Positions 35,589 through 62,789 of a stretch of DNA of 64,000 bases are shown piece after piece. Made by a program: the position numbers and the translations under genes. Every line of letters starts with the position of its first letter. The stretch's first letter is position 1. Under the pieces are notes generated by a model that made no database searches, was not told where the DNA came from, and was given only the letters and a program-made list of their open reading frames with translations. The stretch comes from the human T2T-CHM13v2.0 reference genome, Homo sapiens: assembly GCF_009914755.1 (NCBI RefSeq), contig NC_060933.1. One strand, given 5' to 3'.

Positions 35589-35682
35589 CATCATTTTCTT
35601 TCTTGGGAGGTAATGGTGTTATTGCCTCATCTTTTTGTAATTGAAGACTTTTCTCATTGGGTATTATCACAGTTTCTTTTTC
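35589..35682 (-). CDS. OGN: Osteoglycin exon 3
   Basis: ccaatag|GAAAAAGAAACT...AATGATG|gtaagt; EKETVIIPNEKSLQLQKDEAITPLPPKKEND; 94 nt. Confidence 0.97.
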
Positions 35683-37730
35683 CTATTGGAAAAATAAAAG
35701 TTTGTTACCTAGCTTCATTAAGTCTGTGTTTCTCTGTAAAATGAAGGGATCACAGACACCTTCTCGTAGTTACAATTAGTGGCATTTCCTTTGTGCTCCA
35801 TTAGGCTTTCATACATATTTCCATTTTATCATCTATTAAATTACAATAAGTATTTTTTAGCTTGTTTTTATTCTAGACTATGAGCTCCTTGAGTAAAAGA
35901 ACTGGGTGTTTTTATTTTTATATCGCCAGTAGCTACACTCAGTGCTTAATAAATGTTGAACATCCTGAAATTCCAAATGAAAGCTAGGTGAGAATTCCCT
36001 GAATTGGAATGAAAGTTTTTCTGAGGTGAAACTGTTCCTCAGGGGTCTTGTCTGAACTGAGTTTCTCATTCAGATTCTACCATTTTGAGTAAGACTAGAG
36101 CTCCAGCCATGTCACAAGTATAAACTACCAATTAAGGTCTTTAGGTCTCTTCTTGGGGTGACCCTTTAATTACCTATATCCCTCCATTAAGCCCTGGCTC
36201 TTGGATCCCTTTTATTCCAGCTTACCTTACCTACCCTGCTTGGGCCACTGGGGTAGGCCATTAATTCTGGGGAAATTGGAGTAGATACAATTTAGATCCT
36301 GTCTTTCCTGTTCTTGGAGAGTACGTTTTCTGCCATTAGATTACAGTGTATTATGTGGTGTCCTATTCTTTCTGTCCTTTGTAAGCATGTTCCATTTTAG
36401 TCTCGGTCTTGACTCCTGACTCTGCCCTTCACCTTCATTCTCCCATCTGTGTGGTGGTTGAACTTCCTCCCTCTACTCTGTGTTTGCACATCAAGTCCTG
36501 TTGAATTCTACTCCACTCCACAAATATCTTAGACCCTGCATTTATATTAAGATAGAGAAACTTCTAAAGCCCTGTAAAGAGAAGAAGCAGAGAGAAAAAT
36601 AATCTCTAAACTCTTTAGGGATCAGGGAATCTTAATAGATTCAAATCATCCAAGTGAGCCAATAGCCTATGTTATGATGGGACTTTTTTTTCTTTAACTT
36701 GAAGCTATAATTAGTAATACCTATCCTTTGTGTCTTAGTGATGGGCAAAAATAATGCTATCATATTAAAAGCATTAACTGAAAGAAAGAAACTGTGGTGT
36801 TAACATTTGCTCATTGTGTACCCCTGCAAAAAAGAAAAGAGAAAGTAGCAATTATAACTGGTCAATCTTATAAGTCTTTATCCTCCAATTTATAGTGGAG
36901 AAGAACTTCTGAAACAATCAGTATTGTTATATATTTGGCTGAATTTCTCATTTTCCAGTGTGTATGTGTATGTGTCATACATAGTGGGCAACAGATACTT
37001 AAGTGCTGTATTAACTTTTTCCTTACCCAGCATTCATTTCTGTGTGCCAAGAAAACCACAAGTAATTAGTTTGCCCATAAAGGTGGGGAATGAATGATGT
37101 GGTATAACGTCACCCTTGCAGTGTTAACTCAAAGACAGTTACAGTTACTTGGTACCAATTGATAGAGGGTCTAAACTGTTAAAATTGATTTAAAAAGAAA
37201 GTCCTATATTGACTAGGTTTTCAGTTTTTGGTACTGTATGTAGATGGCATATATAAATTATTGTGGAATGCTATTGATATCAAAATAACCAGTACTCTTC
37301 TATGTATTTTCTTCAAATTGTTTTCTATAATAATAACCTTAAGCTGATAATTCATCTTTATTTCTCCAAATACACATTTCCGCTAATTTATTTTTGAGGC
37401 AACACAACATTGCAAGTATAGGGCATTGTGTAACATTACTTAATATATAAATTGCAACTGGTGAGGGATCATCTTAAAGTCTAGTTTTCTTTAAGTTTTA
37501 TTTTTTGGTTACTATAGATACTGTTTGGTTACCATAGATACCATTTATTAATTTGGAAAGCATACATACTCTAAAAATACAATCTTAGGGACAATTATTA
37601 TGAATTCGTTTGAATCATTTAAAGTGATTTTCCCTTCCCCTTACCTTATCAGACACATTCAGGAAAAGCAAAAACATGCATTTAAATGGGCAGTATTTTA
37701 GAAGCTAAATTTAGAATAGAAATAAAGTAC

Positions 37731-37904
37731 CTTAATATTTTTTCCATCCAGGTATTTATCCTCATAATCTTGGCTAAATATGGATTCTTCAAAATTATCT
37801 GTTCCATAATCATAGATAATGCGTGAGTCCTGCTGGGTTGGTGGTGCTGGCTTTATCAGAGGCACAAGCAGTAACAGGAGAAGTGTAGACTGCAGAGTCT
37901 TCAT
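37731..37904 (-). CDS. OGN: Osteoglycin/mimecan exon 2 coding part (aa 1-58; signal peptide, Tyr/acidic N-terminus)
   Basis: [22 protein letters not shown]...YLDGKNIK then AAG|gtac donor; 174 nt, phase 0. Confidence 0.97.
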
Positions 37905-37979
37905 TTTAGCAAAAATCAAGGTGACTGGAAGTTAATAAACTAGTGGCCTGCTGACTGTGGGACAAAACTCTCTTTTTCC
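37905..37979 (-). other. OGN: OGN exon 2, 5'UTR part
   Basis: Acceptor tttatttccag|GGAAAAAG at 37980/37979, 75 nt upstream of the ATG. Confidence 0.82.
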
Positions 37980-38992
37980 CTGGAAATAAAAATTCAGACC
38001 ATCGAAGCAATATTTAAAAGCTTAGAGGATGTTTTGGCAGGGTGTGCGCAGTAAGGGCCAGAGAACAGTATTTAACCCTTAGTGATCTTTAATTAGATGC
38101 TAGCAGTTTTTATGTATCAGTGAACATTCTGAAAAATAGTTTTGGAAAATAGTTTTACTTCTCTATCAGAAATTCAAGAAAGATTGATAATTTTAAGTTT
38201 CTTAATAATTAAGTGCCTTCAGCAGACATACTAATATTTAATTGAAATATTCTTAGGATACCTGTAGTATAAATAGTTAAAATAAAGTCCCAAGATCCTG
38301 TCTCATGTGAGTTAAAAATATCATATTTCCACTTAGCTACTTTATAAGAACTCTTGATTTATATTGGTATGAACAGAAACAAGTTCCAAGAAAAGTTTTA
38401 AAACTTAAATTTAACATTATGAAAAGTAGTCATTAACACCTTTAGGTGGTACAGAATATAGGAAAAGCCATACGTTTTTAATTTTCTTAGTTTTGTAATT
38501 TTAATAGGTGATCATAATTTTTAGTTAATAGTATTGTATTTTTAATTTAAGCTAAGAAAACTGAAAGAATAGTATTGCAGGCTAGAGGAAATACCGAACT
38601 TTAATCAAAGAACTTTGAGGAATGTAATAGAAAGGATTCCTTTAGGCTCATCAATGGATTTTCTCTGGTGGGTACACATTTCAGACTTTTTCTTAAGTAA
38701 CTTCAAACAGAATCACTCAAGAGTTGCTGATGCTGCATTATAGATGCCAGTTTGTCAAAAATCCAGAGGTTGAAAATGAAGAAGATAATGGATTTGTGAC
38801 TTCTGCAGCACCCTATTCTTGCCTGCGTGGATGTTAAATTTATGCGATGATATACATAAGTACTTCTTAAAAATTAATTGAGGTAACTGAAACTTAAACC
38901 AGAGATGGCCTTTACATTTATTAAGACTATTAGATGAGTCAGTCGCACTTTAACAAACAATATTTAAAATAATATATGAAAAGTAAGCCTAC

Positions 38993-39130
38993 CGTTGTAG
39001 CTGTTTTGAAGTTTTTTGTGGTTTTCCTCAATAGATGTTCATGTCTGTGCATTAGCCCCAAGTGGGAGGGTGAATGAGAAAAGCTATGTCTTGATTTCAA
39101 ACTGCTGAGTAAAATTTCAGGGCCCAGCAG
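38993..39130 (-). other. OGN: OGN exon 1 (5'UTR); TSS approximate
   Basis: Donor CTACAACG|gtaggc at 38993/38992; joins exon 2 GGAAAAAGAGAG, consistent with my recollection of the OGN mRNA leader. 5' boundary uncertain. Confidence 0.8.
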
Positions 39131-39155
39131 CTTTAAGAACAGTTTCCATGTGGTA
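39131..39155 (-). promoter_or_regulatory. OGN proximal promoter motifs: E-box CACATG overlapping RUNX-type ACCACA; TATA-like TTAAAG
   Basis: Plus-strand CATGTG 39147-39152, TGTGGT 39149-39154, CTTTAA 39131-39136; adjacent to exon 1. Motif match only. Confidence 0.45.
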
Positions 39156-40339
39156 GAGATCTTTGCCAGCATTCTTTCTCTAGGGTGAAATGCAGTGTGT
39201 TGTACTAGAGAACTGTGCTTAAGTTATTTGTTGTAACTGCTGCACTCAGTCTGCTTCAACTAATTTGACTATAAACTTGTGTGATTTTATTATTGTGTAA
39301 TAAACATTCATGTTTTGGTGAATATTAGTTTATGAAAAATGATATAGTTTTAAAGTCATCCTTTTCATTTTGGTGATTTCCCAGGAGATCAAACAATCTG
39401 CTTTTTGAATGAAATAGGACACCAAATGACAACATAGTCCATGTTGTTAATTTTATGAGGATTAAAAATATTGCCCTAATACCATAATTAATATATAGCC
39501 AGTGTAATATATTTTTCCAGTGTAAAAATTAGTTTTAGCACAAATTATTTGATAGTTTTGTCATTTGGATTTTTTCTCCCCTTTATTTTAGTTACATATA
39601 AGAAAAACTGATGCATAAAAATTAGCTTTTTAAAAGTAAATTTGATTTATAGTTTTTGAGGTTGATAGTAAAAGATACTTTTGTTTGCTGAATGAAGGAA
39701 ACTTTATAAAATTACTTTAATATTGAAATTGGCTTTTAAAAATTAAAGTGGCATTGTAGATACCATACAAGCAACTTTGAAGATTTTTTTAAAGAGTCAC
39801 TTTTAAAAAATTCCTCCTTGGTGCTTTTACCAATCAAATTAACTTTTCTCCTTTAAGCTAAAAATTTAACAAATATGGATATATATTTTATTAAAATAGA
39901 AAATGAAAGAATAACAATTTGTTTTCTTTTCTAGACAAAATTGTTTTAGAACCTTTCAAATCAAAGCTTAAATAAACTAAGACTTGAGCACTGAAGTTTT
40001 TATTTGAATGTGAATTATCTTAAATTTAATTGTGATATTGTCTGGCTTGAGTTGATATAAATTGTTGGTTTTATGGCTTCAAGGATACAGTAAAACTTTT
40101 TTAAATACTTTGAAATATATAATAATGAAACAACAGACATTGATTTGTTTTGTATTGTGTGGCAAGTTAACAAGATATTGAGAAGTAAGCTGGATAGATA
40201 CCATATGTCCAAATTTAGAGAATCTTAGAGATTCATAGTTTCATTAATGGTACACTTTGATGCTTTGTACTACAGAAAATTATTTTGTGAAGAACAACTT
40301 TCCTTGAAAAGTTATGACCAGTGAATACAATGTTATTAG

Positions 40340-40960
40340 CATTCACTCATTTAATAAAAGTTTATTGAGCGCCAATTCTGTGCCAGGACTTCAGACACGT
40401 AAGCTCAGATAAGCAAACTTCAGTTTCTTCCCTCAAGGAAGATTTATAGCCTCTAAGTCAGCAGGAAAAGCAGCAAACAAGCAACTAGAATCCATGGTAG
40501 GGCTTGCTACACAGAAATATGCAGAGTTCTGTGATAACCTGGGAGAAGCCACAAACTGACTGGGAGTCAAGGAGACTGCACCCAAACTGACTTCTATAGA
40601 GAGGATAGGAGAGGAGGGTAAGCGCAGGTGATGAGGTATTCTAGGCAAGGGGATCATCACGTGCTCCCCTTAGGGAGGGGATGGGGGTAGATCATTCAGA
40701 AAATTTATAATTTGTTTTGCATACTGCTGGAGCTTGGAGGGAGAGAGAGAAGAAGTCAGGGGGATGGACCATATTAAGAGATGCGACTAGACAGGGGGAA
40801 TAGAGGTTGGATTAAAGAAAGTATTTTATATCCTGCTAAAGTATTTGGGCTTTAGTCTGTAGTCAGTGAGAGACCATGTAGAGATTTTTAAGCCAGTGAT
40901 GGCTTAAATATGATCCTGTTTGCATTTTAGAAACATTCCTCTAATGTTGCATTGCTGAAG
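40340..40960 (-). mobile_element. L2 fragment
   Basis: cattcactcatttaataaaagtttattgagcgcc...tgtgccagg, typical of the L2 3' end. Confidence 0.6.
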
Positions 40961-40979
40961 AATACCACTGTTCATCTAT

Positions 40980-41945
40980 TGTAGTGGTTATCTATTACTG
41001 TGTAAAAAACTACCACAAAGGAATGGCTTAGTTAAAATAACACACATTTATTATCTCACAGTTTCTGTGGGTCAGGAATTTGGCGTGTCTTTGCTTGATG
41101 GTCTGCTTCAGGATCTGCATTTGAAGTGCATCTGGCACTGCAGCCTCACTTCAGGGGTTGAGTAGGGAATGATCCAGTTCTAAGCCCATGTGGTTGTTGA
41201 CAGCATTCAGTTCCTTGCAGAATGTGAAACTGTGGACGTAAGTTTCTTGCTAGCTGTTGACTGACGGCCTCCCTCAGTTCCTTGCCATGTGACTTCCTCA
41301 AAAGGGCAGCTCACAACATTGCAGCCTGCTTCTTCACAGCTAGAGGAGGAAATAGTCTTCTGGCAAGATGGGTATTACCCGCACTTCTGATACCAACAGC
41401 AATTTCAGGAGATTCCTAGAACCACTCTTATTACATTTGATAATTCCCTAGAAGAACTCTCAGAACTCACTGAAGACCATTATACTCATGATTATGGTTT
41501 ATATAGAAAAAGGATACACCCTAAAATCAGCCAAAGGGGGAGATGCGTAGGGGCAGTGTCTAGAAGGCTCCAGACTTGAAACTTCCATTGTTCTCTGGAT
41601 GCATTGCCTTACGTTGATATGTGGCAGTGTATGTGGGGTATTGCCAACCAGGCAAGCTTATTCTCAGTGTTCAGAGTTTTTATTGGGGCTTTATTAATAG
41701 GTTTGATTGATTGATTGATTGAATTCAGCCTCCTGGTCCACTGATACTACATAACCCAAATCCCTTATCCTACATCACGTGGTTGGTCTTCCTGGCATAG
41801 CCACCTCTACCTCAAGACTATCAGGTGTGGCTGATCTCACCCTAAACAAAAACACTCCTATCAGAAATAACATAGATCACCTCTCAGAAGCCAAGGCAAA
41901 GCCCAGACCTCTCTTTAGGCAAAGCCAAAATCTTTACTACACAGT
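40980..41945. mobile_element. MLT1 (MaLR) LTR followed by a MER21-like LTR
   Basis: catttattatctcacagtttctgtgggtcaggaattt (MLT1 hallmark); gaagaactctcagaactcactgaa...ctttactacaca. Confidence 0.6.
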
Positions 41946-42091
41946 ACTCAATATAAAATGCTTGAAACTGAGGTGATTTTCTATTCCAGAAAGAATTGAA
42001 TGCTGATAGAAAGCTATTTAGCTTTTACTCTACAGGAGTAAAAGATGAAAGCTGTCTCATGCTCAAGAGCAGGCATTGTATCCAAAGATGA

Positions 42092-47781
<5,690 letters not shown>

Positions 47782-48744
47782 TATATGTAACTAACTTTTT
47801 AAGGAACTTCCATACTGCTTTTCTAAGCAGCTGCAGTATTTACACTCCTTCCAAAGGTGTATGAAGGCTCCAATTTTTCCACATCTTGCCAACACTTGTT
47901 ATTTGTCTGCCTTTTGATTTCAGCTATCCTAGTGAGCACATAGTAATATCTCATTTATTTGCATTTCCCTAATGGCTCATAAATTTTAAATTGCTCTAGG
48001 TTAGGAATTGTCTTATCTTTGTTTTCTAAAACACCTATAGTATTTTCCACGTATTAACTCTTAATGTTTGAATTTATATCCTGTATTTAAAAATTGCAAG
48101 AAAAGGGAGGTGGGCCTTAAGATTTTTTTTTTAACCTCTGTTGAAAATGTGCTTTGCCCATATTGTGGCATCATAGTTGCACATTGTACTTTGTTTATTG
48201 ATCCCTTATTGCCAAGCCCTATATAAGAAAGGACTTGATGAATGTTGATTAGACGAATGAATGGAGTTTTCTTCATATTCATCCTGGATTCTTGAGGTTG
48301 TCCCTGGGAACAGGTGGGCGTTCTGGTTCTGATAATGCTAATAATTCCTCAAAGATGTAAAGAGCATTAAAGACTTCACTTTAAACTGGTATTTCCAGAA
48401 AAAAAGACTTGCAAGCTTGAAAACTATTTCTGAAGTATAGTTTGACTTGTCTGTCTGTTGCATATTGTCAGAATTGTTATCATTTGTATAGGCAGCCCTA
48501 GATTGGTATTTGTCCCTTATCTGAGAAATTCTATGAAACATTAGCATGGTATATCAAGAGAGTTCATCACAGCAGTTAGATAATCATCATTGTAAGGCAC
48601 ACTTACAATACTTAAAAATAATACATTAACGAAAAAGTGATTTTTAAGGTTTTAAAGAAGATGTTAAAACCTGTCATTCAAATTATAAAGGAACTGTATT
48701 CAATTTTAGCTTATGTAGATATTGGCTGATAAGCATAAAGTGTT

Positions 48745-49647
48745 TAGTATTATCTTTAGAACTTTATTTTGCCAACACTAATTTAATCTTGCAAACAAAG
48801 CAGTTATTTCTTTGCAAATCATTTTGTAACAAAGAGGCCTTTCTATGGTTGTATTTTTACAAAAACATTTATCCCAGTTAAAATGGAACACAATAACATT
48901 GTTTAGGATAGTTGCTGAAATCTGCTAAAATACAAATTGCAATGAGATAGTTTGGTGTTTTTTAGTTGTCCAAATACAGCTTTATAATTTTGTTGTTTTG
49001 GTATTCTGAGGCAAAAAGATTAGTTAATTTTGTGAATCTGTATGCCTTGGGTCCTTAGTACCTGGATGGCCTCTTACAAATCAAAAATATCATTCTATGT
49101 GCTATGTGGTGAGCTAGGGGGATGGATGTCATAATGGTGAGATCACAAATACCAGTGTGAAAGCTTTCCTGAAGAAGAGGTCAGAGAAAATGGTCTATTC
49201 CTTAAATGAATGCTTGTTACATTAATATACCTTCCTGTCATTTAAATATTGTCCTCAGAGTGATCAAAAAGGTCATGGCCTGTGGGTCTTTACTGCTAAT
49301 GCTACTTCCTTCCTCATTTTTAGAAAAATTACTGTTAATAGAAATGATACACTCACTTTCTTTAACATGATATTTCTATATTTAAAAAGAGCATAAGAAA
49401 CCATTAACGTTTAATTTATGATTCCCACTTGTCATTCTAATTTATATTTTTAAAGATTTACATTATTTTGAGTAAGTTCTAATCCTATGAAATGATGCAG
49501 ATGTCACCAACAACTTAAATTCAATTCTGATCTTATACTAATACATAATTCTAAATATATTACTTTGAGTAATACATGTTTACTTAGATTTACTATATTA
49601 AGTATAGGTTTTGTGAAGTCGTAAGTGTATACCTATATAGTTTCTTG
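48745..49647 (-). other. OMD: OMD 3'UTR
   Basis: Follows the TAG stop; minus-strand AATAAA at 48763-48768. End approximate. Confidence 0.6.
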
Positions 49648-49973
49648 CTATTCTTGATTTTCATAATAATGAAGGTCAAAGTGCCCTTCTGCTCCTTCTT
49701 GTTCTGGGCTCTCATGAGCATTGTCAGGATCATCGTGATCTTCACTTTCATCATCATCATCTGGAAATCTCCTGAAAACTTGTGTCTTTAGTTGTATTGT
49801 TTGACCATTAGTGCTTCGTTGTTCACCATAATAAATAGTGTGTATATGAGGGAAGCAGAAGAAGATGTATGAGCTTATTGGTTCTTTTAGTTTATTTTGG
49901 TCCACACGAATGTATGTTAAATGGTGGTAATGTAGTGGGTCAATAGAAGGACACATCACTGTAAGATTCATCT
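49648..49973 (-). CDS. OMD: Osteomodulin exon 3 coding part (last LRRs, acidic C-terminal tail)
   Basis: ctttcag|AGATGAAT...; [13 protein letters not shown]...[12 protein letters not shown]...YYENQE*; 940+326=1266 nt = 421 aa + stop. Confidence 0.98.
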
Positions 49974-50379
49974 CTGAAAGAAATAAATTAAAAATTAATC
50001 TTGTATTATAGTATAATCCATAGTTATAGCCATAATTCTATGTTAGATTTTATATTGTATGGGATATAATTCTGTTAATTAAAATATTTATAAATTGAAT
50101 TAGGTTTCCTTTTTATATTAATCAAATAATAAAAAGAAAATTAAATTATGAGTTTTATATTAACAAAATATATATGGCTTCATTGGCTTTTCTGATTAAT
50201 AAATTCCTAGTAGAACAATCTCAAAAAAAAATTATCTACAATCCCACTACTTAGGATACTCATATTTCTTCATGTACTCTATTATTTCTCTCTTTTATAT
50301 ATATACATATATAAAACTGACAATTTATACATATATATAAAAAAATATATATATATAAAATTATATATTTCTTCTTTTT

Positions 50380-50473
50380 TTCTTTTTTTTTTTCCTGTTG
50401 CAAGGAGAAAAGGAAACATTGTGGAGAAAGTGAGTAAACTCAGAATACGCTCTGTATAAATTGTCAGTTATAT
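50380..50473. repeat. Direct duplicate of 52054-52147 (OMD intron-1 3' splice site region)
   Basis: 94-bp ungapped match at offset 1674 with 3 mismatches. Confidence 0.95.
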
Positions 50474-50544
50474 ATATATGTATAAATTATCAGTTATATA
50501 TATAAAAGAGAATATATATTTTTTATATATAAATAAATATATTA

Positions 50545-50577
<33 letters not shown>

Positions 50578-50589
50578 TTATTTATTTAT

Positions 50590-56846
<6,257 letters not shown>

Positions 56847-58695
56847 GAAAACTCAGCTTGAATTTTATCCCTTTGTTGAGAACATTAGCTAATCATCAGT
56901 TATCAACCTTACATTTGAGAATTAGAGTCTGTTGTTCAACAACTATGAAAAATTGTTGGGAAAAAAGAAGAAGGCCTTGAATCAAGACATGACTGGGGCG
57001 TCTCTGAAAATAAAGAGGTTTTTAATATTGTCTGCTTTCCGCCTTTGTGAGCACCTAAGAAGAAAGTCTTTCCTTGAGGAACAATTTCTCTTCTAAACCT
57101 GAACTTATCTTAAACATCCTTGTCCTCCTCCCTCCACGTTCCTAACCATGTAGTACAATCTTGTCCCACTCCCTTTGATTAAGTGCAGTTTTCTGTTTTG
57201 AAATCCATCCTGTTTTCATCTATATGCTCATTATTTTCTATGCCTCTTGCTCTTTCCCCAGGATAATTTCCCCTGTTACAACAATCTCTTATTTTATCCA
57301 AATTTTTCATTCCCCAACTAATCTCTTCTGAGTCATTTGCTAAGCATATTTTTGTTACTTCTGCTTTTCATACTCTACAATGTATGCCTTGTTCTCTATA
57401 GGATAACTCACAGCAATATTGTATAATTCATTGTTGATCATCTCATTTCCTAATATCTTTTAACAGAATCTAATACAATGCAGTGTTATAAGTGCTCAAA
57501 GGTGTGTTGAATGAATAAGTTAATAAGTTATAGGTTAAGGCTTGCTAGCAAATGCTTCTCTCTACTAATGTTGATTATTCCTAGGCATTTATTTCACTAT
57601 GATAATTTCTTCAAATGAACATATTCATGAGAGCTTGACTGTTCCTTTTTCTATTGAATATTTCTTCATCACAATATACTGTATTCCTCACTTTCCTAGT
57701 ACATCGTGTAGCAGGAAAAGAACAAATGTGAAAAAGAATGTTTGGAGCAAAGTAATATATATATATTACCAGTTTTCAATGTGAATTTTTCATATTATAG
57801 CAATAAAACCATCTGTGTCATAATATTTCTCTTACTTGGAGAAAAGCACTCGTGTTCATCAAGAAAAGTTTCAATTGAAATTACTAATGAGGTATAATTT
57901 ACTTGTTCAGGAAAAGTTTAAAGTAAAATCCTCAACATTTTATTATGTTAAAGACATAATTGTTTTTATTTGTATGACATAGAAACTAGCATATAAGAAA
58001 GCAAATATTAGCATATAATTTAGATTTTTCCAAAAAAGTTCTAAATTTTAATTTTATAAAATTTTTTTGCTATTAAAAATACAATTACCTCAATTATTTT
58101 TAGCCATAATACATTTAAATCGTAATTAACTAAAACCCAAAGTAACTAGATCCTTCAATAGACTAGATAGAGCATCTGTATTTTCCCTTTGAGAAAGAAG
58201 TAAATGAAAAGAAAAACATTCTATATCAGGGATTTAGTCAGTAGAGAAATTTGGAGAAAATCTTGAGTGAAATTTGTACAAATGCCCATCAACCCCCCAA
58301 CCGGAATCACTAGCATTGCTCAGCTGTATGCCTCAAAGGCATTAGCTGGTTCTTTGTTACTTATAATTCATAGAAAAAAAGAGACCTAAGGAAGAGAAAG
58401 AGATTGATTCCTTTAACCTGAGAATCTTTCCTTTCATTCAAAGTAAAAAAAAATCTAAACAAAGATTTTTTATTGGGTAAATCTTAAATGAGAAAGTTAA
58501 ACTCATTATACTACTTTATTTGAACATTTTGCCTAATCAAAAGTTTAACATAACTTTTTTACCAGATTTTGCTTCCAAAAATTGTGCTTTTGTAATAGAT
58601 GCAGTCTATTTTAATATTAAAAAATCCAATATACTTTTAAATTTTAACAGTAGGAATACATTCTTAAAAAATTGAAAATTATTTTATTATCATAC

Positions 58696-58850
58696 CTGTT
58701 CAATTTGCTTTAGTTTTCAGGGGTTGATGAATTTGTAAATCCTTTAAATGAATCAGAAATTCCTAAATTCTTTAACTGAGTCTCTTAAAAATCCACAGTA
58801 ACTCTGTGTCCAGACAGGGCTGTCTCTTGAATTACTGTAGCAATTTAAGC
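58696..58850 (-). other. OMD: OMD exon 1 (5'UTR); TSS approximate
   Basis: Donor TTGAACAG|gtatga at 58696/58695; consistent with my recollection of the OMD leader joining GAAAAAAAAAAAGAAGATG. Confidence 0.75.
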
Positions 58851-59154
58851 AAATACAATCTTCTTGGAAAACACTCGGGTTGAATTAAAATTATGTATTT
58901 CTTTTCATTACATGAAACTTTGTGGATTCAAATTAAGATGCTTGTGTTCTTGGTCAGATTTATGTGGCTTACTTCTTTCTTTTCCCCTTAATTTTGGTTT
59001 GAGGTGTGGCAAGAATTTCCTCTAATGTGAAAGGCAAACAAAACTAAATGAAACAGCATGTACTGATTACTGTTTTTATTTTCATTTTCATGCCAAAGAA
59101 TTCTTCAAATTAAGGCCCACTGTGACAGGGAACTCCAGAGTCTCAGCAACTTAA

Positions 59155-62272
<3,118 letters not shown>

Positions 62273-62789
62273 CTATTAATTAATCTTTGAAAAAGGGCAG
62301 GCAGAAACTATTTTAAGTAGTTTAGATATTTAGAACTAAATATGGTGATGGGGCAAGCCAAGTTGGTATCAGAGTGGTGACAGGCCAGCTTGGCTGATGC
62401 CTAGTGATCTAGGAGGAGGGAGTAGGTGGTACTCTCACAGGTAGCCAGTGTCAGCAGGGTCAAGGCAGACATATGCCTGGAAGTAACCACCTCTCAGCAT
62501 TCTAAATGGAATCAAGTTTGTAAGGCAGATAATGACACTTAGCTGATGAACTACTTCTATCAGAAAGGCCACTTGGGCAGCCCTATAGAAACAGTCCAAA
62601 CATTAATTGCAGTCAGTCTCTTAGTCTATCTGCTCCCAGGGGGCTATGAGGAGCAGAGGCTCCTGAATTCATGGCCCATACTCACAGGCTTTCTTGGCCA
62701 TCATCATTCACATTTTCTGTAAATGGTGCCCCCATGCCAACCCTGACCACTCTCTTGTGTAAGCCAGAAGTTTGGGAGTCCTTTAAATT

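Noticed and set aside
35676-35688. OGN exon 3 and OMD exon 2 share the junction caatag|GAAAAA
   Set aside because: Only ~12 low-complexity bases in non-homologous exons; likely coincidence.
38377-38386. p53 half-site AAACAAGTTC in OGN intron 1
   Set aside because: Only one decamer; I could not find an adjacent second half-site.
38939-39172. 77-aa ORF as a standalone gene
   Set aside because: Overlaps the OGN promoter and exon 1 and reads into the intron; treated only as part of the uORF frame.
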